A DNA stretch of 24,000 bases from positions 16,937 to 40,936 of the forward strand of contig JANXDW010000015.1 in the NCBI GenBank assembly GCA_025058515.1. The letters are read 5' to 3'. Within the stretch, counting starts at the first letter, position 1. Each line of letters starts with the position of its first letter. Both the position numbers and the translations under genes were made by a program. Shown in pieces: positions 18,629-24,000 of the stretch. The stretch is from Aigarchaeota archaeon. GTDB taxonomy: Archaea > Thermoproteota > Nitrososphaeria_A > Caldarchaeales > Wolframiiraptoraceae. The notes under the pieces are model-generated. The model did no database searches. It saw only the letters and a program-made list of their open reading frames with translations, and had not been told where the DNA came from.

Positions 18629-18690
18629 GTAACCTAGTTGTCTCCTAGGGTTTACATCAGGGGGATCAATCCACCCATAGGGCTGACGGT
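18629..18690 (+). other. Approximately 62-65 nt noncanonical intron in the tRNA-Trp D-loop (boundaries approximate)
   Basis: 73 nt lie between the D-stem halves where a normal D-loop has 8-11. The insert folds: GGTGTAA-CC-TAG pairs with CTA-GGG-TTTACATC, and GGGGGATcaATCCaCCC forms a second hairpin. Confidence 0.75.
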
Positions 18691-18709
18691 CTACGGCGCC
18701 GGGCTCCAG

Positions 18710-18735
18710 ATCTATCACTACTGGTTAGAGTAGTC
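18710..18735 (+). other. 26-nt intron of tRNA-Trp at canonical position 37/38
   Basis: atctatcactactggttagagtagtc lies between G37 (18709) and A38 (18736). It contains the internal stem CTACT/AGTAG. Confidence 0.85.
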
Positions 18736-18925
18736 ACCCGGAGATCCCCGGTTCAAATCCGGGCGCCCCCAAACTACATAATTTTTTCATCTAAAAAATA
18801 AGAGAGTATTATTTTTCATGAAGCCTCTTCCTTCAGTTCAAGTCTATTAAAGGTTCAGCCTTTCTATATACCACCTCTCTTTAGTAATCATCTGTTTTAA
18901 GATTGTTATCGATAAGTTACTGTTC

Positions 18926-20281
18926 TCAACTTGTTTTCTCTATAACTGTCCACCTAACACCCTTCCCCACATGTTTAGTCTTCTCCCAGAAAACATCTTT
19001 GAAGATCTGTTGATAGAATGCTCTTATCGCTGCTAAAGGCATCATGAAGTTCATGTAGAAGATCATATGAGGTAAATATTTGATTAAGGTTTTAGCTGTA
19101 CCCATCCCTTCAAGTACTGCTCCCTCTATCCACGTATAGTAATAGATTACGTTGAAGGCTAATGGTAGTATAGCCCACCATGGAAATACATTCTCCATAA
19201 GATTGAGCGGGATTACCTTGAAGTATTCTAAGACCCAGTATATTGTTAGAGAGTATGCTAACCAATTGAGTAAGACCATGATAGGTGCAATAAGCATGGA
19301 GATAATAGATAAAGCATTTATCAAGCTTAACCTCTTTATAACAGTCGGCTTGATAAGAACTCTAAAATATTTCTCTAAACTCTGAATCCATCCTCTAAAC
19401 CATCTAGTCCTCTGTTTCAACCAAGCTTTGAATGTTACCGGTGCTTCTTCCCAATGTCTAGCATCTAAGACCACCACCTTCCTACCAGAAAGATAAAATC
19501 TAACAGTTATCTCAGCATCTTCAGCTAAGTTTAATGGATCCCATCTACCAACTTCACTGATCGCATCTTTTCTTATGTAATTTCCTGTTCCACCTAAAGG
19601 TGTGAAGAAGCCTAGTTTAGACCTACCGTTAAGCATAACCCTAAACCATCCTGCATACTCCATAGAGAATATTCTTGTTATCCAGCTGTCTGATTCATTG
19701 CTTATCCTAAGGATAGCTTGAACGGAGTCAAGGTTATAGTTCTCAAATGCTGATGCGACTTTGATAAAAGTATCTACATCTGGAATATCTTCTACATCAA
19801 CTATTCCTATTATCTCACCTTTACAGAGTGTAAGTGAATCGTTTAAAGCGCTCGGCTTGGTAGGAAAATATTCTCTTCTAATAAGTGGAACCACTCTTCC
19901 AGGATAAACTTGAGAATACCAAGTCGATATCCTCTCACCTACAGGGTCTTCAGTTACAACTATGAGCTCTTTACGGTCTAGAGGATATTCAACATTATTT
20001 AAGCAAACTTCAATCGTTCTCTGTAGTATCGGTTCATCTCTTGCTGGAATTATAAGAGAGATCTTTGGATAAGTTCTCAGCTTAGTTTCAGGGTTGAATG
20101 GTTTCTTTAATCCAATTATCAGTATAACTAGATGATATATCCCCCAGAGAATGTATATTATAGTTAAACTATACGCTGTGAATATTAGCACTGGCTTAGG
20201 ATAGAGTATTAGTAGTAGGATGACCAGTGAGATGACTGTAAAGAATATTACTTGTTTAAATCTCACCAAGAATTCTCGCAC
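18926..20281 (-). CDS. Membrane-bound processive glycosyltransferase, family GT2 (cellulose synthase/hyaluronan synthase-like)
   Basis: TM helices flank the catalytic domain. Motifs SLIIPARDEP, GIVDVEDIPD, GGTGNYIRKDAI, LAEDAEITVRF and the QxxRW motif KQRTRWFRGW. Confidence 0.93.
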   Translation of the reverse strand: MREFLVRFKQVIFFTVISLVILLLILYPKPVLIFTAYSLTIIYILWGIYHLVILIIGLKKPFNPETKLRTYPKISLIIPARDEPILQRTIEVCLNNVEYPLDRKELIVVTEDPVGERISTWYSQVYPGRVVPLIRREYFPTKPSALNDSLTLCKGEIIGIVDVEDIPDVDTFIKVASAFENYNLDSVQAILRISNESDSWITRIFSMEYAGWFRVMLNGRSKLGFFTPLGGTGNYIRKDAISEVGRWDPLNLAEDAEITVRFYLSGRKVVVLDARHWEEAPVTFKAWLKQRTRWFRGWIQSLEKYFRVLIKPTVIKRLSLINALSIISMLIAPIMVLLNWLAYSLTIYWVLEYFKVIPLNLMENVFPWWAILPLAFNVIYYYTWIEGAVLEGMGTAKTLIKYLPHMIFYMNFMMPLAAIRAFYQQIFKDVFWEKTKHVGKGVRWTVIEKTS

Positions 20282-21227
20282 CGACTATCTTTATAACCTC
20301 ATCTACTACTTTATCTATAGAATTAGATAGATTTTCAACTTTAATTATTTTTACCTTCTCAGGGTTAAATATACTTTCTAACTCTGGTCTAAAGCTTGAT
20401 GGTAATATTATTATCATTACTGAATTAGGGATGTCTACTGCTTCTATACTCATCAAGAGAGGATATCTCTCATCAATAAATTCTTCTGGAGCTATCTCGA
20501 TTATCAATGATGGATCTCCTTTAACGTATACAGGTATAGTATAAGCTACTCCACTCACTCCCTTGAGACTAGCAAATTTTACAACGTCTAACCCAAGTTT
20601 TTCAAGTTCATAAGCGAGAATCTCTACTTGCTCAAATACTTGAGAAAGGCTTTTTGATTTCTCTGACAATCGATATACTGAGCATCTTCTAACTTCTAAT
20701 TGCTGGACTCTATTCTTATGGTTCTTCTCACATTCCACTTCTACTAAAGGAACTTGGAAAACTGTTCTACAATCTCTACATATAAATCCGAATCCAGGTC
20801 TACCGTAGTCTATACCTACTCTCTTCATAACTTTACCACATTTTGGACAATGGTAAACACCTTCACTACTAAGTCTAAATTCTTCTACGCTATCTGTATA
20901 TCCACAGTCATAGTGAATTAAGAGATCCTTCTTTTCAATATTTCGTGAATTACATTCTGGACAAACTAAGAAGATGTGAAGACAAGTGTCTCCACATATT
21001 GGACAAGAGGGAAATGAAACCTCGCCAACGATCTCGATCAAACCTCTATCATAATATATTTTGAGCTTATCTTCTGGAACATCAACTCCGAAGACATCAT
21101 AGACTATCCCTACATCTTGCCTAATTCTAGGTTTAAACTCTACATGCTCATTTCTACGTAAAGCATGATAGACTGATGATAGAAAGTGTGTATCAATTGA
21201 TCTTAATCTCTTAGATTGCTCAGCCAA
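20256..21227 (-). CDS. TackOD1-like multi-zinc-ribbon protein with a C-terminal domain of unclear fold
   Basis: Cysteine pattern CPICG...CPECNSRNIEKKDLLIHYDCGYTDSVEEF...YHCPKCGKVMKRVGIDYGRPGFGFICRDCRTVF matches my recollection of the TackOD1 domain. Its end overlaps the GT2 start by 26 bp. Confidence 0.72.
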   Translation of the reverse strand: MAEQSKRLRSIDTHFLSSVYHALRRNEHVEFKPRIRQDVGIVYDVFGVDVPEDKLKIYYDRGLIEIVGEVSFPSCPICGDTCLHIFLVCPECNSRNIEKKDLLIHYDCGYTDSVEEFRLSSEGVYHCPKCGKVMKRVGIDYGRPGFGFICRDCRTVFQVPLVEVECEKNHKNRVQQLEVRRCSVYRLSEKSKSLSQVFEQVEILAYELEKLGLDVVKFASLKGVSGVAYTIPVYVKGDPSLIIEIAPEEFIDERYPLLMSIEAVDIPNSVMIIILPSSFRPELESIFNPEKVKIIKVENLSNSIDKVVDEVIKIVGARILGEI

Positions 21228-21320
21228 TTGATCTCTTCACTGTAATGTGATAGTTTCAAGGAGTATATATATCAAGCGGTTGTACCGTTTAAAGTATAAG
21301 AATGCTGCTGGGATTTGAAG

Positions 21321-21341
21321 TAGTATAGATTGATTATACTA
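21321..21341. promoter_or_regulatory. Perfect 7-bp inverted repeat TAGTATA-gattgat-TATACTA upstream of the TackOD1-like/GT2 pair
   Basis: Exact reverse-complement arms. A minus-strand TATA-like element (rc of tttaaagtat, about 21290-21300) sits between it and the gene start at 21227. Confidence 0.3.
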
Positions 21342-21738
21342 ATAATTGCCCTGTAGGTACTAGTAAGGTCGGCGGATTCATAAAGTTCGAAAACTAATTA
21401 TCCTCATATATAAGATGGTCTCAGTTTCAAATACTCAAAGTAGAACAATAATAAGGATTCTTTTAAGAAAAACCCGAATTTACATAAGTTCTTAAAGATA
21501 AGAAGATTCTTAATAATCTTAAGGCTAGTCAAGAGGTATATATTAAGTAGAGATAAATTAACCCGATTTACTTATTATAAATTATAAATCTAAAAATACT
21601 GGGAACCGAAAATTAAGCGATGAGATTATCTAAGCTCTATCAAGTACCCTCTCACTCTCGGTATTATCGTTTAGAGGTGTCCGCTACTATAGTTTTCAGA
21701 AAGGTTTAGATACGATAAAATTACGATGGATTGGATTT

Positions 21739-22134
21739 TCAGATTATAGTTTCTATTCTCTCAAAGATATCTCTTACAGATAGTATCCCCACTATGTTGT
21801 TGTTATTATCTACGACTGGTAGATGTCTGATTTTATGCGTAATCATAATATTCCTCGCTTCATTCACACTTTTATCTTCCGTTATCCTGATGGGATTTAC
21901 TCTCATGTATTCTTTAACAGGTTTAAGAGGATCAACTCCATCTTTAAATAATTTTAAAAAATCTCTCTCAGTTATTATCCCTAAACATTTTCTAGATTCA
22001 TCAACTACTACAGCACTCCCGACGTTTCTCTCCATCATCATCTCTGCTACTTCTTTTAAAGACGAGTTAGGAGAAACTAACAAGATGTTCTTACTCATTA
22101 TGTCCGATACCTTTACAGATGTTAATCCTCCCAT
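21739..22134 (-). CDS. Two-CBS-domain protein
   Basis: VSDIMSKNILLVSPNSSLKEVAEMMMERNVGSAVVVDESRKCLGIITERDFLKLF...VKEYMRVNPIRITEDKSVNEARNIMITHKIRHLPVVDNNNNIVGILSVRDIFERI. Confidence 0.92.
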   Translation of the reverse strand: MGGLTSVKVSDIMSKNILLVSPNSSLKEVAEMMMERNVGSAVVVDESRKCLGIITERDFLKLFKDGVDPLKPVKEYMRVNPIRITEDKSVNEARNIMITHKIRHLPVVDNNNNIVGILSVRDIFERIETII

Positions 22135-22255
22135 TTTACACTATCTCCTTCTAGCATCATGTATTTTAAGATATATGTAATAAACAGTTTCTAGTTTTTC
22201 AAGTTAGATTATTATGAGAATACTTATATCTTTAAGAAAAGTTTAAGACTTTAGT

Positions 22256-23266
22256 ATGACCGATTCATCTTTACAAGATGTATATGATATTACTATTATC
22301 GGTGCTGGACCTACTGGACTATATGCTGCTTTCTATGCTTCAGGGATGAGGGGGATGAAGACCAAGATCATAGAAGCTCTTGATAAAGTAGGTGGACAGC
22401 TAACAATATTATATCCTGATAAGTATATCTATGATGTAGCTGGTTTTCCAAAAATCCTTGCAAAAGACTTAGTTAGACAGTTAGAGTATCAAGCTCTCTC
22501 ACACAATCCAACGGTCGTTTTGGGAGAGTATGTTAAAGAGATAGAATTCTTAAAAGATAAGATTATCATGTTGAAGACAGATAAGAATGTACATTATACG
22601 AAGACCGCATTGATCTGTACAGGTCGAGGAGCATTGAAACCTAGGAAGCTCAATAATCCATCTGTAGAAAGATTTGAGGGTAGAGGTGTGTACTATCAAG
22701 TTACGGATAAGTGGCAGTTCCGAGATAAGCAGGTCATGATAGTCGGGGGAGGAGACTCAGCTGTAGATTGGGCTCTAGAGTTAAAAGATATAGCAAGTCA
22801 AGTTATTCTCGTTCACAGAAGAGAAGGTTTTAGAGCTCATGAAAGAAGTGTTGCAGAATTATTCAACTCACCTATAAAGGTCATGATCCCCTATGAAGTA
22901 AAAGAAGCATATGGCTCGGATAAACTCGAATCGGTAAAGATTTTTAATAATAAGACTGGAGAAGAAGAATTATTTAAGATAGACTCATTGATTCTACAGC
23001 TCGGCTATGAAGTTGATTCTTCGATATTTAGGAGATGGGGTTTAGAAATGATTGATAATTTTATAAAAGTGAATGGGAGGATGGAGACCAATCTTCCAGG
23101 AGTTTATGCTGCAGGCGATATTGCCTACCCCATAGACTCTGTCAAGCTGAATCTTATAGTTGTAGGATTCGCTCAAGCTGCAATAGCTGTTAACATGGCG
23201 AAGAACTATATAGACCCAAGCTCCAGCATCTTCCCAGGACATAGTTCAGAGAAGAGAGTAATATAG
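22256..23266 (+). CDS. Ferredoxin/flavodoxin-NADP+ reductase, thioredoxin-reductase-like type (FAD/NAD(P)-binding)
   Basis: ITIIGAGPTGLYAAFYASGMRGMKTKIIEALDKVGGQL...VMIVGGGDSAVDWALEL...VYAAGDIA. No CxxC redox pair, which favours a TrxR-like FNR over a true TrxR. Confidence 0.88.
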   Translation: MTDSSLQDVYDITIIGAGPTGLYAAFYASGMRGMKTKIIEALDKVGGQLTILYPDKYIYDVAGFPKILAKDLVRQLEYQALSHNPTVVLGEYVKEIEFLKDKIIMLKTDKNVHYTKTALICTGRGALKPRKLNNPSVERFEGRGVYYQVTDKWQFRDKQVMIVGGGDSAVDWALELKDIASQVILVHRREGFRAHERSVAELFNSPIKVMIPYEVKEAYGSDKLESVKIFNNKTGEEELFKIDSLILQLGYEVDSSIFRRWGLEMIDNFIKVNGRMETNLPGVYAAGDIAYPIDSVKLNLIVVGFAQAAIAVNMAKNYIDPSSSIFPGHSSEKRVI

Positions 23267-23389
23267 CTGACTCTGAGATTTCAAGATTTACATAGTTGAG
23301 ATATCTCTTCAGATCAACATAGCATTAAGATAGAGATAGAATAGATATATTTTATTACTTATCTAGTTATCGTATTGGACGTGGGATAA

Positions 23390-24000
23390 GTGAGTAGTCT
23401 AGAAGGCTATCGTGGAGAGATTAGAGAGTTACTGGAATTAGCTGGTGTTGACATCGGCGATGAGATAGAATTGATAGTAAATGGAGAGAGGTATCGCGGT
23501 ATACTGATCAGTAGATACGAGTTAGCAGAACCTGGATATATTGTGATAAAGCTATCTAATGGATATAATATTGGAATTAGAGTTAAAGGTAGAGTAGAGG
23601 TCAAGAAGCTTTCAGGAGTTGGTAAGCCCATCTTCAAACCTCCGGCTAGACCTAGACATATCACAGGTCTTCCAAAAGTAGTAGTAATAGGTACAGGTGG
23701 AACTATAGCTAGTAGGATAGATTATAGAACAGGTGGCGTGAGACCAGTCTTAACTGCAGATGATCTTCTATCAATTATACCAGAGCTTTCAACTATAGCA
23801 GACCTAGATGCAACTATACTTTTCTCAGTATTTAGCGAGGACATGACACCTACTGATTGGTCTTCTATCGCTATCAAAGTAGATGAATATATCAAGAAGG
23901 GGGTTGAGGGGGTTGTAATAGCTCATGGAACAGATACTATGGGTTATTCTGCAGCTGCATTAAGCTTCGCTCTCCAGAAACCACCTATACCACTAGTCTT
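23390..24000 (+). CDS. gatD: Glutamyl-tRNA(Gln) amidotransferase subunit D (3'-truncated by the window edge)
   Basis: My translation from GTG 23390: MSSLEGYRGEIRELLELAGVDIGDEIELIVNGERYRGILISRYELAEPGYIVIKLSNGYNIGIRVKG...PKVVVIGTGGTIASRIDYRTGGVRPVLTADDLL...VIAHGTDTMGYSAAALSFALQKPPIPLV. It has an L-asparaginase-like core and a GatD N-terminal domain. Absent from the ORF track. Confidence 0.93.
   Translation, partial: MSSLEGYRGEIRELLELAGVDIGDEIELIVNGERYRGILISRYELAEPGYIVIKLSNGYNIGIRVKGRVEVKKLSGVGKPIFKPPARPRHITGLPKVVVIGTGGTIASRIDYRTGGVRPVLTADDLLSIIPELSTIADLDATILFSVFSEDMTPTDWSSIAIKVDEYIKKGVEGVVIAHGTDTMGYSAAALSFALQKPPIPLV

Larger units (their letters stand above)
18608..18771 (+). tRNA. tRNA-Trp (CCA) with at least two introns: one noncanonical in the D-loop and one at 37/38
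   Basis: Acceptor GGGGGCG/CGCCCCC with A73. T arm CCCGG-TTCAAAT-CCGGG. Anticodon stem CCGGG (18699-18703) and CCCGG (18737-18741) with loop CTCCAG|A, anticodon CCA at 18706-18708. D-stem GCCC (18617-18620) with CGGC (18694-18697). Confidence 0.92.

Noticed and set aside
18608-18771. Box C/D sRNA encoded in the tRNA-Trp intron, as in many euryarchaea
   Set aside because: I could not find a paired RUGAUGA C box and CUGA D box with C'/D' elements in either intron; only a lone CTGA is present.
21731-22180. Plus-strand 149 aa ORF overlapping the CBS gene
   Set aside because: The minus-strand frame (21739-22134) gives two clean CBS domains; the plus-strand product is Ser/Thr/Leu-rich shadow translation.
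1-24000. Defence island, toxin-antitoxin, provirus or transposon content
   Set aside because: No transposase, integrase, nuclease-helicase, Cas, restriction-modification or TA gene was recognisable in any supported ORF.

Overview
AT-rich archaeal chromosomal segment, probably from a thermophilic Thermoproteota/TACK-type lineage. This is judged from the split tRNAs, TATA-like promoters and protein families; no search was run. Most of the window is housekeeping or transport. It holds a 5'-truncated BMP/PnrA-type nucleoside ABC transporter cassette (2-3469), aroA (EPSP synthase), aroC (chorismate synthase), a DUF429 protein, cutA, a BtuF/BtuC-like binding protein and permease pair with no ATPase gene, and a glutamate-1-semialdehyde aminomutase-like protein. 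It continues with an intron-containing tRNA-Phe(GAA), an iron-type alcohol dehydrogenase, an RNase J-like beta-CASP protein, a multi-CBS protein, a DUF4184-like membrane protein, glutamine synthetase and a tRNA-Trp(CCA) with at least two introns. The last part has a processive GT2 glycosyltransferase overlapping a TackOD1-like zinc-ribbon gene, a small CBS protein, a TrxR-like ferredoxin-NADP reductase, and a 3'-truncated gatD that is absent from the supplied ORF track. I see no defence island, mobile element or convincing CRISPR array. The best leads are: the multi-CBS protein whose C-terminus resembles a ribosome-hibernation (HPF/S30AE) domain; the overlapping TackOD1-like/GT2 gene pair; the multi-intron tRNA-Trp; a perfect 17-bp palindrome at the start of the BtuF-like gene; and an isolated 24-25 nt direct repeat pair.
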